Positions 1 to 11,912 of a DNA stretch of 36,320 nt are shown piece after piece. The position numbers and the translations under genes are program-made. Source of the DNA: Octopus bimaculoides (lineage: Eukaryota). Each line of letters opens with the position of its first letter. The stretch's first letter is position 1. The notes beneath the pieces were generated by a model. That model worked only from the letters and a program-made list of their open reading frames with translations, was not told the origin of the DNA and did not search any database. The stretch spans positions 65,809,056-65,845,375 of the forward strand of contig NC_068983.1 of NCBI RefSeq assembly GCF_001194135.2, written 5' to 3'.

Positions 1-1006
1 AGGGCCAATTTCGCCGCCAAAACGTCGGATGCGGTGCCGCTTCTTAATGCCTCCTCTAACTTATTCACTAGCTCTCCCTCTACTCTGTTTCTATCTACGG
101 CTAGTGCCTTGCTATATCTAGTTGCTTCTGCTTTTACTGCTCTCTTGGGGGCAAGCCACCATTTGTTGTTGATTATAGCTCCCGTCAAGGCCCTCTTTAC
201 TAACGTGCCAATCCGGTCTCTGAAAACTTGTCTCGACGGGAAAGGCGCGTTTAGTTTCCAGTAACCGGGACCCTGCCTATGTGCCTTATCTAAGTCTAGC
301 GTACACGTTACAAGTTTGTGAACCGTGTAGCTGACTGTGTGGAATTGTGGATATCCTAAGCTATCTCTATCTATTGTCCTACATACTATCCTATCTAGAT
401 ACGATCTCGACGACCCAATGCGGTTACACCATGTCCACGTTGGCACATTTGGGTGTTCGAGTCGGTACCTATCAGACAGTTGAAAGCGTCTGAGCAGGTC
501 TCTGAGGCATTTGCATCCCCTTCTATTGTTGTCTCTTCCTACGTAGTCTAGATGCGGGTCCAAGGTAGCATTCCAATCCCCCACTAAAAGTAAAGGATGA
601 GACGTTCCCAGGAATACCTCTAGACGTCGAAAGAAATCCGACCGACCTGTTAAAGGAGGAACATAGACTGATAGACTGCTAGCAGCCGAAAAGCGCAACC
701 ATCGCTGCCGTCGACATCCAGCACAACCAGTCTACCCTCCGGGTCTATGAATATCGCCTTTACTTCGAGATCCAGACTCTTTCCAAAAAGAACCGCCGTG
801 CCACTACCGCCCATCCTCGGCAGACAGGGAGAAAAATAAATGTTAAATTGTCCACCAAAAATGGACTTTAGGGCCCGGGGTTCATGGAGTCTGGTCTCAC
901 TAATGGCTATGATATCCAAATTGTGTGACTTGATGTCATTTAAGAGGTACCCTTGTTTCCAAGGGGACCCCAAGCCATGCACATTCACACAACCAATCTT
1001 CGCCAT
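1..1006 (-). pseudogene. LINE ORF2 N-terminal apurinic-like endonuclease (APE) domain, L1/Tx1 clade, with one frameshift
   Basis: Translation shows NVHGL, ISETR, SGTAVLF, LVGDWNATLD, SYLDRI and GPGYWKLN. Removing the 8-bp duplication at 663-678 restores a frame that is open from 1006 to position 1. Confidence 0.92.
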
Positions 1007-1890
1007 GATTCTATTTAAATATGTGCTTTAAAGGACAAAACAAAAGGAACAGTGAGTTACTTACCGTTCGAAATTTTGTTTCCTCCTTGGATTTTTCACC
1101 AAGGAGGCTATTGTACAATTTCTTGCACAAATATTTTTGACATCCCCCTACCGCATTGGGGTAGAGGGATTTATTTTGTGGTGTAATGCTGGTGTTACAT
1201 GATAAATTTTAATGTGTTTTGNNNNNNNNNNNNNNNNNNNNNNNNNNNNNNNNNNNNNNNNNNNNNNNNNNNNNNNNNNNNNNNNNNNNNNNNNNNNNNN
1301 NNNNNNNNNNNNNNNNNNNNNNNNNNNNNNNNNNNNNNNNNNNNNNNNNNNNNNNNNNNNNNNNNNNNNNNNNNNNNNNNNNNNNNNNNNNNNNNNNNNN
1401 NNNNNNNNNNNNNNNNNNNNNNNNNNNNNNNNNNNNNNNNNNNNNNNNNNNNNNNNNNNNNNNNNNNNNNNNNNNNNNNNNNNNNNNNNNNNNNNNNNNN
1501 NNNNNNNNNNNNNNNNNNNNNNNNNNNNNNNNNNNNNNNNNNNNNNNNNNNNNNNNNNNNNNNNNNNNNNNNNNNNNNNNNNNNNNNNNNNNNNNNNNNN
1601 NNNNNNNNNNNNNNNNNNNNNNNNNNNNNNNNNNNNNNNNNNNNNNNNNNNNNNNNNNNNNNNNNNNNNNNNNNNNNNNNNNNNNNNNNNNNNNNNNNNN
1701 NNNNNNNNNNNNNNNNNNNNNNNNNNNNNNNNNNNNNNNNNNNNNNNNNNNNNNNNNNNNNNNNNNNNNNNNNNNNNNNNNNNNNNNNNNNNNNNNNNNN
1801 NNNNNNNNNNNNNNNNNNNNNNNNNNNNNNNNNNNNNNNNNNNNNNNNNNNNNNNNNNNNNNNNNNNNNNNNNNNNNNNNNNNNNNNNNN

Positions 1891-2981
1891 GTGTTTAGTT
1901 AGTTCTTGTTGTTGTTGTGTTTTTCGGGCAGTCGGACACTCCTTTTTGAGGTGTGCCTCGCTGTCGCATAAGTAACAGCGAGGCCGCCTGCCCTCTACCA
2001 CTATATGTAACTTTTGATTTGTTGCCAAACGGATGTATGGTGGGATTTTTTTTATTTCTTGTTCGTTTGTGTGGAACAGGATTTGTATGTTTTTTCCCGT
2101 CCAGTTGCTTTCTCCAACGTTTATTTTAAGTATGTTTATGTTGTCCATGTCGACACATATGGCCGATATCAACCATAGTGTGTCTATTGTTGGAGGTGCG
2201 TGCTTTATTGTTACCTTTGTTACCTTTTGGCCAAGGTAACTGGGTAACATTCTTATTTCTGGTGTGTGAAGAGTTGGCGTTGAATACCTCTTCGCCAATT
2301 CTTCATTTCGAATAATCACCTGTACCTGTGCAAATCTATACCAAGTAATATATGATTTTTTATCCCAAATTGATTGCAAACATTTTTGAATTCTGTCTAT
2401 ACTGGCCTGTTCCGACCTTCTATTTTTAGTGTTTATTATTTTATATATTATTGTTTTTCTATTTGTTTCCTCTAATGTGTTGTGGTATGTTTAAGTGTAT
2501 TTCACCGCTTTCTTTGGTGATTAATTTTCTCATTTCTATTATTTCTTTTGTTGTGTAGGACACAACAGTTTCACTTTGCTTCAAAGCTTCAGCAAAGTTT
2601 TTGTTTTTGTTATTGTTGTTATGTTGTTGCTGGTGCTGGCACTGGTATTGGTGGCAGATGTGGTATTTGTGACTGTGTCAGTGGTGTTGTGGCTTGTATT
2701 CATTTTTCCCTCCTCTCTTTCGCTTGCTGCTAGTGAAGAGAGCAAAGGTTGAGTTGAACTGTCGCTGCTGCTGCTGCTGTTGTTGTTGTTGTTGTCGTTA
2801 TTGTTGTTGGTGGTGGTGGTGGCGGTGTTAACTTTCAAGTTAACACTTGCATCTGNNNNNNNNNNNNNNNNATTCTCTCGTTTAACTGTGAGGAAGGAAG
2901 ACTAGGAAATTCTTTTTCGAACGAAACACTGCAAAATTCAGCGTTCGTTTGACGAAATTTTTCATGGCTAGAAGACGCCAT
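1891..2981 (-). pseudogene. LINE ORF1 (gag-like, CCHC zinc knuckle), frameshifted in its N-terminal part
   Basis: CYLCDSEAHLKKEC is CX2CX4HX4C (about 1934-1975) within the open frame 1891-2379. Upstream frameshifted segments read NFAEALKQ. Beyond the short gap an ATG at 2981 gives MASSSHEKFRQ...EKEFPSLP. Confidence 0.75.
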
Positions 2982-3194
2982 CGTCTCAAAATAAAAATGG
3001 CTAGAAAGCCGAAATTGATTTTTAAAACCTGGAAATGTGCCACACAGGGCAGATTTCCGTTGCCAGAAACTTGCACCAGAGAGTCTATAAGTTGTTATAC
3101 AACTTTCTATATAAAATAAACTTTACAAACAAACTTTTTAAAACTTAAAAAAGGCAAAACTTACGGAGCCGACACGTCTACCGTCTGTCCATAG

Positions 3195-3206
3195 AGATAT
3201 ATATAT

Positions 3207-3274
<68 letters not shown>
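3195..3274. repeat. (AT)n(AGAT)n microsatellite
   Basis: Direct inspection. Confidence 0.97.
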
Positions 3275-3878
3275 CAGCACATGCACACGAACGTGGCACA
3301 TACACATTGTATCCGTAAACTAAATTTTATCGTTTGATTAGTGATAATTGTTCAGTACAAAATCTATTTGCTGATATACAGGGAAGGATAAATCTATTTT
3401 TTCAGTATTATTGTATCTTATAATATAGAATGACAGACAATCTAGAATTTCGTGCTTAAAACATTCTTGTTTATAATCGTCAGTCAAGTATGTGCTTCAG
3501 ATTAGAGTTAGCTTGAAAATGAGTCTTCAGTGAAATATATAGTCATCTAATATGTCAAGGAGTCTACTTGTATTTCAGATTTCTTGCATCCGCCAATAAA
3601 TCAAATTCCACACAAAAGAAATTATTAGGTAATAATATCGCATTTGGCGGTTTGAAAATAGATTAGGTTAAAATGCCTTAAGATATTTATTTGCGGTCCT
3701 TATTTTTCTTAATTCAAATACCGCTAAGGTCAAATTTGCTATTTCATCTGTACATGGTCGAAAAATAAGGCGTATGGGATATATTTAATCGGTTATACTC
3801 TCTGCTCTATTTAAATGGATGTACTTACGTAACGACCAAATTTTATACACATTGCAGCTGTGATGGATGTTTTATAGA

Positions 3879-3968
3879 GTAAATTTGAACTTTGTAAATG
3901 AAATTTAAGTTGTAAATGTTTATGACATTGCCTATATCAAAGTTCAGACATTTTAGGATTTCATCATT

Positions 3969-4027
<59 letters not shown>
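3879..4027 (+). repeat. Left arm of a long-range inverted repeat (about 95 bp of unique sequence plus (CT)n); partner at 10598-10724
   Basis: gtaaatttgaactttgtaaatgaaattt...tttatgacattgcctatatcaaagttcag.cattttaggatttcatcat matches the reverse complement of 10621-10724. Confidence 0.9.
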
Positions 4028-4397
4028 NNNNNNNNNNNNNNNNNNNNNNNNNNNNNNNNNNNNNNNNNNNNNNNNNNNNNNNNNNNNNNNNNNNNNNNNN
4101 NNNNNNNNNNNNNNNNNNNNNNNNNNNNNNNNNNNNNNNNNNNNNNNNNNNNNNNNNNNNNNNNNNNNNNNNNNNNNNNNNNNNNNNNNNNNNNNNNNNN
4201 NNNNNNNNNNNNNNNNNNNNNNNNNNNNNNNNNNNNNNNNNNNNNNNNNNNNNNNNNNNNNNNNNNNNNNNNNNNNNNNNNNNNNNNNNNNNNNNNNNNN
4301 NNNNNNNNNNNNNNNNNNNNNNNNNNNNNNNNNNNNNNNNNNNNNNNNNNNNNNNNNNNNNNNNNNNNNNNNNNNNNNNNNNNNNNNNNNNNNNNNN

Positions 4398-4449
<52 letters not shown>

Positions 4450-5678
4450 TTGCGTATGTATGTCAGTATGTGTATGTGTGTTCATAAGTATATAATAATG
4501 GATATGTGCCTATTTAGAAAGACATACACATTCACGCACTTACTCACCTTTGCCATAACCGAAAACAAAGATATTAACTTAAGGTCTCTGAGGAACAAAT
4601 ATACTTGCATGATATGCCATTTTGAAATATTTGAACTGACTACCCAAATATAGTAGTGTCCGACGTCATACGCTATATCTAAATGCTAGTAAAATTATGA
4701 CAAACGAACTCCTAAAGACACAGAAATTGCGGTCTGTCTACCCGGAGGTAAACCTCGATGTTGATTTCTTCACAGAGATGACATGAAGAAACAAACATAT
4801 CGCTGAGTGCAATTCTCAAAGAATATATTTGAAGTTGAGATGAAGGATTTCTCAAGAAATCTATGTAAACAGGAGTCTATAATCTGACGTCTTGTGCAAA
4901 CAGAAATGAGCTCATAATGCTTCACTAATGATTGATTGTCAGATACATTCGTCTTCTCATGTTGATACAGTGAAAGAAAAGAGTGAAAAAAAGGAAGAAA
5001 AAAAGCTAACACAAATTCTAATTACAGTTAACACTAAAATCAGAAATATCTCTGGTAAGCCGTACAGGTATGCACAGTTTTAATGTGTTTTTAACCTGAG
5101 AGTATATGATAAATATCTATACGCGTTGGGATTAGGTTCTTTTCGATGTGATAGTATTTTAACAAGTTCTTTTTATACAATAACAATAGTAAAGAAATAC
5201 AATACTGAAGCTTTCGTTTTATATTATTATCAATCTTCCACATTTGTTTCTCATATCACTCTTTCGAACAAAATTTGTCGCAAAGATGAAACTCCGTTTC
5301 TCAAATCAGTTATTTTCTCATGTTTATTGCTGACATTTCTACAAATATGTAAATATATTAATTTCTTTCGACAATGATAAAGGTCAATTTTAAAGAAGGT
5401 TGGAGGTAAAAATCGATAGCACCGATCACAGTGTAATGACAATACGTAATTTATCGACGCTCCAAAGAGAAAAATGATAATGTTGACCTTCGAATGATTT
5501 GAATTCTAGTCAGAATGTTCCTGGGATTCACTAAAGCATCAATTTTGGCGCAATACAGTCCGGACATCTGTATGATTCGCTAAAACATTTAAATATATTG
5601 AATACAGGAAATTATTCATAAACATTTCATGAATAATGGATTTCAGTTCTCCTAGTGAAATATCAGACATGGTTTCTT

Positions 5679-5864
5679 TCTAGTAAATGAGAAACTATCC
5701 ATTCTATAAAGGTGTATGCGCGTGCGTGACGTTGCACATGAACACATACACGCACACCACATACACTCATATATATATGTGTATGTGGTGTGTGTTTGTG
5801 TTCATGTGCAACCACGCGCAGGCGCATACACCTTTATAGGATGAATAGTTTCTCATTTACTAGA
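5679..5864. mobile_element. About 186-bp fold-back (MITE-like) element
   Basis: The arms tctagtaaatgagaaacta...gttgcacatgaacac...cacaccacatacac are reverse complements of each other around a short (AT)n centre. Confidence 0.8.
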
Positions 5865-6055
5865 TATGTGTATGTGTGTCTTAGTATGCGTGTGTAGAAG
5901 CAATTATTGAGATAAACAAATTAGATACATTCAATAGATTAACTACATTAAGTACATCAGTATATATGCAAAACGAGAGAATGCAAAAGGTGGAAACTTT
6001 CAGATGATGCGTTTATATGTATTAATATGTATATATTTATATAAATAGTCCCAGC

Positions 6056-6885
6056 TTACACAGAGTACAAATGACAGAAATTTAGAGGGTGTGGAGTAAA
6101 GGTATTATGAGTCCAAAAGCTCTTTCTGTTGGCTCAGCGAACCATAATAATGCTGGTAGATTTAGTCCATAATGCGGCTGTATGGATGCATTTAACATAG
6201 GATAAGATGATCCTCCTTCCTCAAGGTAGAGAGGATCTTACATTTCAGGTCTAAACGCAGAGAAGTTCAAAGATGGAATGTTTAAATGTGGAGAACTAAG
6301 TGTATTGGAGGGGGAACTGGAGGGGGGTACCGTGACAGGGAATGATGAGAGGAGAAAAGATAGTTTAAGAAGAGTAAGGGTTTAATAATGAGGCTAGTAA
6401 AGGAATGGCAAGTATTTGCCATTCCTTTTTTCATTATCTCAACCAATAATTGTATAGCTTTCATCCCTACACTTTAAGAAACTCAACACAATAGACTACC
6501 ATTCATATACTATCGACCCCACCCTCCTATTCACCTTCCTACTCCCCCCATTTATTACCTCTCCCTTACTGACCTCATTATTAGCCCCTCACTCTTCTTG
6601 AACTGTTTTTCTCCTCTCATCATTCCGTCCTAATACCCCCAGTCCCTCCTCTAATTCACTTAGCACTCCACATTTAATCATTCAATCTTTGAACTTCTCA
6701 GTATTAAGACCTCAAATGTAAGATCTCTGCTTTAATGAAGGAGACTCGTCTCATTCTATGTTAAATGCATTTTGTGATGGACTAAATCTACCAACGTTAT
6801 TATGGAGCCACGAGATACAGATGTTGCACTCATAATACCTTTATTCCACACCGTTTAAATTTCTCTGTCATTTGTACTGTGTAAT
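6056..6885. repeat. Large diverged inverted repeat (arms about 6056-6405 and 6560-6885) with an internal 13-bp perfect hairpin
   Basis: Blocks such as aaaggtattatgagt, ggtagatttagtccat, atgcatttaacatag, gagaagttcaaagat and gaatgatgagaggagaaaa recur in reverse complement. The hairpin aaaggaatggcaa-gtat-ttgccattccttt lies at 6399-6428. Confidence 0.88.
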
Positions 6886-7662
6886 TTGAACCTATATATA
6901 TATATATATATATNNNNNNNNNNNNNNNNNNNNNNNNNNNNNNNNNNNNNNNNNNNNNNNNNNNNNNNNNNNNNNNNNNNNNNNNNNNNNNNNNNNNNNN
7001 NNNNNNNNNNNNNNNNNNNNNNNNNNNNNNNNNNNNNNNNNNNNNNNNNNNNNNNNNNNNNNNNNNNNNNNNNNNNNNNNNNNNNNNNNNNNNNNNNNNN
7101 NNNNNNNNNNNNNNNNNNNNNNNNNNNNNNNNNNNNNNNNNNNNNNNNNNNNNNNNNNNNNNNNNNNNNNNNNNNNNNNNNNNNNNNNNNNNNNNNNNNN
7201 NNNNNNNNNNNNNNNNNNNNNNNNNNNNNNNNNNNNNNNNNNNNNNNNNNNNNNNNNNNNNNNNNNNNNNNNNNNNNNNNNNNNNNNNNNNNNNNNNNNN
7301 NNNNNNNNNNNNNNNNNNNNNNNNNNNNNNNNNNNNNNNNNNNNNNNNNNNNNNNNNNNNNNNNNNNNNNNNNNNNNNNNNNNNNNNNNNNNNNNNNNNN
7401 NNNNNNNNNNNNNNNNNNNNNNNNNNNNNNNNNNNNNNNNNNNNNNNNNNNNNNNNNNNNNNNNNNNNNNNNNNNNNNNNNNNNNNNNNNNNNNNNNNNN
7501 NNNNNNNNNNNNNNNNNNNNNNNNNNNNNNNNNNNNNNNNNNNNNNNNNNNNNNNNNNNNNNNNNNNNNNNNNNNNNNNNNNNNNNNNNNNNNNNNNNNN
7601 NNNNNNNNNNNNNNNNNNNNNNNNNNNNNNNNNNNNNNNNNNNNNNNNNNNNNNNNNNNNNN

Positions 7663-7709
<47 letters not shown>

Positions 7710-8148
7710 TGGAGGAACTCGTTAATGTCAACGGCCAGCCAATATTGGGTACATAAGTTCGTTCCTACTATTTCTTATGGACAGCGAGAGTGAGTGATAC
7801 CTAGTTTTGTTAGGGGATCACTTTAGAAGAATAAAACTATAATTAAAATCCCGCGACTCAATGGCAGCCAATGGGGTTGCTTGGTTCTTTTTGGGATATC
7901 TATTATCATTGTGTAGAGAGTGGGATTGGGTGTGTCCAAAGCCTCTCATCACTTTAAAAAGCATTATGCACAGGTATGGCTGAAGGTACCGGCATTCCCA
8001 TTTTATACTCGAGAACGAGGAAATGGCCATCGTGTATGCATGTCCTTGTTCAGTTTTATTTCAAGATTTCTTGCCAATAGATAAAGAGCTGGTTTCTAAC
8101 CTAAATCCTAAGGCTCCTTCATTAGAATTTCAACATCAGCAGGGTTTT

Positions 8149-8283
8149 GTATATATGTATGTATGTATGTATGTACTATGTATGTATGTATGTATGTATG
8201 AGTGTATGTATGCATGCATGTATGTATGTATGTATGTATGTGTGTATGTATGTATGCATGCATATATATATATGTATATGTGC
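8149..8283. repeat. (ATGT)n-type microsatellite
   Basis: Direct inspection; a similar tract lies at about 8475-8585. Confidence 0.95.
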
Positions 8284-10597
8284 AGATTTGTATGTTTTGT
8301 TTTCTGCATGTATTCTCATGCATATAGTTGCATAGCTAGATATGCTCATATATATTTAAATTATAAACTTCTGGAAAGTTTTACAGATTTTTAGTTCCAA
8401 TGATGGATTGGATCTGTAGTCTTCGAATCAGTCTTCATTTTGGTCTTGAGAAGCGTAATTTCTTAAGATTGGTATGAATGTATGTATGTATGTATGTATG
8501 TATGTATGTATGTATGTATGCATGCATGCATGCATACATGCATGTATGCACGCTCGTATGTATGCATGTATGTATGCATGCATCTATCTATATATATAGA
8601 TTTTGTTGAACAGGTATGCGACCGAAACAAATGCAAGTAAAATATCTTCCTCTCGCCTTATTAGCTGCACTGTGTCAATCGTAAGTTACAGTCAATTCTT
8701 TTGTATATACTATTATCGGGAAAATGCTAGTAGTTATCTTGCGTGGAGTAGAAAATTAACAGCAGAATACAGATTAAGATAACGGACATTTTACTAATTA
8801 TAACCAAGGAAAATAATAAAAAAAACTATCTCTGCACATGATCCAATTAACTATATATGTAGCAAATAATGACGTTATACCTGTCAAAGATAGGTAACTG
8901 ACGTTGTTAATTTAGTGAGATTTATTCAATTAATTTAAAGAAGAAAACAATAGATTTAGCAATTCACCCTTTTACTTCTTATTGACATTCAGAAACGCGT
9001 GTTTTCTGTGACTCGGGTCCTGTTCTTATATCTATTGATACAATTTATGTGCGTGTGGGCGTACAAGTGAGTGTGTGTGTGTGAGTTTGTGAATGTGTGT
9101 ATATGTGGTGCGGGTGCACACACACATGAATAATTTCAATTTATCTATATCTATAAAACTCAAAATGTGTGTGTGTGTGTTTGTGTGTGTATGTGTGTGC
9201 GTGTGTGCTTTTTATGCGTTTCCACATTGTTCATCCGATTTTGATGATTTTTTTTTTATTAAATGGCACATTTACCCAGGCATGTCACTGCCGCATTACC
9301 GATGCCTAAAGATACTCACTTATAGGAGAAAAATCGATAAAAGTGAAGGGACCTCCCACACATACACACACACACTTGTTGCAAAAAAAAGGCAAAAGTT
9401 GCACGCGCGAAAAGGTTTTACAGGAACGTCCGATTTTTATAATTTTTGTGTCAAAAGGACCGCCATGTTGCGACATTTCAGGCAAATATCTTGCACTGCC
9501 TTGAAGCCTCTGATTCCCAAGAAAATTGTGTAAAACTTTGAAAAAATATCCATTTTTCGCATTTTTGCAAAGGTACAATGAAGAAAACTTTTTACTAAAA
9601 ACTCCAATTTCGTTGTTTTTTTACGGCTAAAAAACCAACATGTATCAGCGGTTCTATCTGCCCAAAGGCATCCCTGTGCGACAAAAAAAATTCAAACTTT
9701 TCACACTTCTGCAACTCGCCGCTCTTATTACCTATACTCATTGTAGGAATTCAGCTCACTTAAATTTTACACTGACGATATTACTAACGCTTGTGAGTCG
9801 TTTCATTATATTGCATTAACTTACAGCTTGATGGGCAGGTTAGATTTCTGAGCGATGTATTTCAACAATAGATTCATTGCAATACTAGAATCAGGATTCG
9901 AACTACCAACTGTTTAATTATCATTCGCAATACACTTCCATTTTGGATGTCTTATATTCATGCTTACTCAATAATATCCTTCCTATTTCAGGAGAAACAT
10001 TAGAACTCTTTATGGTTCATAATGATTTGGATGGGAAAAATATTTTCTACATCAATAACTACTGAAAACATTCATTAGATGATGATATAAAATATTCAAT
10101 TACGGGTATGGAAATATGAGAACCTTGAATTAGATATTCAGAGTATCCAATACAAAGCCTACAGAAGAACAATTGTATCAGGCAATAATTTAGAACAACG
10201 TAAATACGTATTAGTAATATTGTTGGGTACAGTCATTCGAATATGCCGCTTAATCATCAATAATGTTAAAAAAAAAGAACATTTTATGTATTCTGGTATT
10301 CAATGTCATTAGAAACTATGAGATGATTTGACAATGAATCCCATCCCTATAATTGGAAAGGCATAAAAGTGTTGTTTGTGTCTCCCATTTGAATGATAGT
10401 GGTATGTGAATATAGACGAAAAATATGCATACAAACACACATTTTATATTTGCATATTTGATGTAGTTCTTTCAAATTTTGTGAGCACCGGCGCTGGATG
10501 CAGGTTTCCAACGAGCGAGTAACACGCTTAATATTCCTGTGAGTGTGTGTGTCTGCGTGTGTATTTTTGCATGCATGTATGCATATGTGTGTGAAAC

Positions 10598-10724
10598 AGA
10601 GAGAGAGAGAGAGAGAGAGAGAAGGAGTATGATGAAATCCTAAAATGCCTGAACTTTGATATAGGCAATGTCATAAACTTTTACACTTTAACAAATAAAT
10701 TTCATTTACAAAGTTCAAATTTAC
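10598..10724 (-). repeat. Right arm of the long-range inverted repeat (partner 3879-4027)
   Basis: Reverse-complement match as above, including the adjoining (GA)n. Confidence 0.9.
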
Positions 10725-11089
10725 CCTAAATAACATTTCTTAAACTGGTCTTTGGATGATGATTTCGGCATAGAACCTCAGCCTTTATCTGTTACGAGAT
10801 TGAATCCGTCGCTTATAACCCATTAAGATACAGCGTTTCAATGCAAAAACATCTGACCTACCGTTCATTGACATCATTCATAAGCCATTGGTGAGCTTTC
10901 ACATAGATTTTGTGTGAGATATGTGTGTATGTATTTATGCATGTATGTATGTACGTATGTATGTATGTATATGTGCAAATATAAATATATACGTATATAT
11001 ATATATATAATAAAAAAATAAGAAAGGGGTTTGTATGATAGCGTATAGAGGAATATATTATTTAAAAGATTTGGAACTCTTTTAAATAA

Positions 11090-11108
11090 TATATATATAT
11101 ATATGTGT

Positions 11109-11165
<57 letters not shown>
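11090..11165. repeat. (AT)n(GT)n microsatellite
   Basis: Direct inspection. Confidence 0.95.
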
Positions 11166-11166
<1 letters not shown>

Positions 11167-11849
11167 TGTGCTTGTGTATGTAGATATGTGCACATATACA
11201 TGCATATATAGATATGTGTATCTACTCATCGAAGCGATATTCAGTACATAGATATTGCAAAACATTTCCGTAGCAAAGTCTTTCAGGTTTTATTGTGTAC
11301 AAATGTGTTAAATATTACTTCACGTAAAATAATCATTATTGCTTTGTGTGCCGCCATTTAATTCATTTCAATTTGATAAAGCTTTGCACCCATCAGCAAG
11401 TTTATCGTTTTCTGATTAAATATAAAACTGCATTTTATAGCGAACGGATTCGGTTTCCGTGGCTAATAAAGTTTTATGACGCAGAAACACGTGTCCTACG
11501 GTCGGATGATGTCACTCAGAACCGAAAAACTGTGCTTTCATACTCATTGTTAATAAGGCTATAAGCAGAATTTCTATGTAAATAACATATCCGCAGCGAA
11601 GGTCTTTCCACGATTGAGTTGACTCTCTCATACTAAATACAGATTTACACCTATATTTCAATCAGCACAGCTCAGTGTGCCTCTAGATAAATATACATAC
11701 ATACATAAACATATATATATTTATATATATATATGTGTGTGTGCAAGTGTGTCTATGTATATGTGTATACGTGCATATATAAATATATACGTATATATAT
11801 ATATGTGTGTGCGTGTGTGAGTGTGTGAAGTGCTTGTGTATGTAAATAT

Positions 11850-11912
11850 GGTGGTGCTCCAGCATGACCGCAGCCACTTGGCTGAAACCCATAAATAAAT
11901 AAATAAAATACA
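11850..11912 (+). mobile_element. Short 5'-truncated retroposon 3' tail ending in (AAAT)n
   Basis: gtgctccagcatgaccgcagccacttggctgaaacc followed by ataaataaataaataaaata. It interrupts one copy of a local direct repeat and resembles a recalled octopus SINE tail. Confidence 0.5.

Larger units (their letters stand above)
1..3190 (-). mobile_element. 5' portion of an L1/Tx1-clade non-LTR retrotransposon (putative 5' UTR, degraded ORF1, spacer, start of ORF2); continues beyond the left edge
   Basis: A gag-like CCHC ORF lies upstream of an APE-endonuclease ORF on the same strand. Two N gaps (1222-1890, 2856-2871) interrupt it, so the parts are not proven to be one copy. The 5' limit is approximate (next to the AT/AGAT microsatellite). 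Confidence 0.75.

Noticed and set aside
7860-8130. Moderately GC-rich stretch with short ORFs on both strands
   Set aside because: There is an in-frame stop, no recognisable domain, and only faint CR1-like wording on the minus strand.
8396-8446. tgtagtcttcgaa, resembling the 3' half of the 35200 hammerhead family
   Set aside because: The match is only about 13 nt, and no CUGANGA or stem I is recoverable.
11484-11499. GAAA-CACGUG-UC half-hammerhead
   Set aside because: No CUGANGA or matching stems I and II were found upstream.
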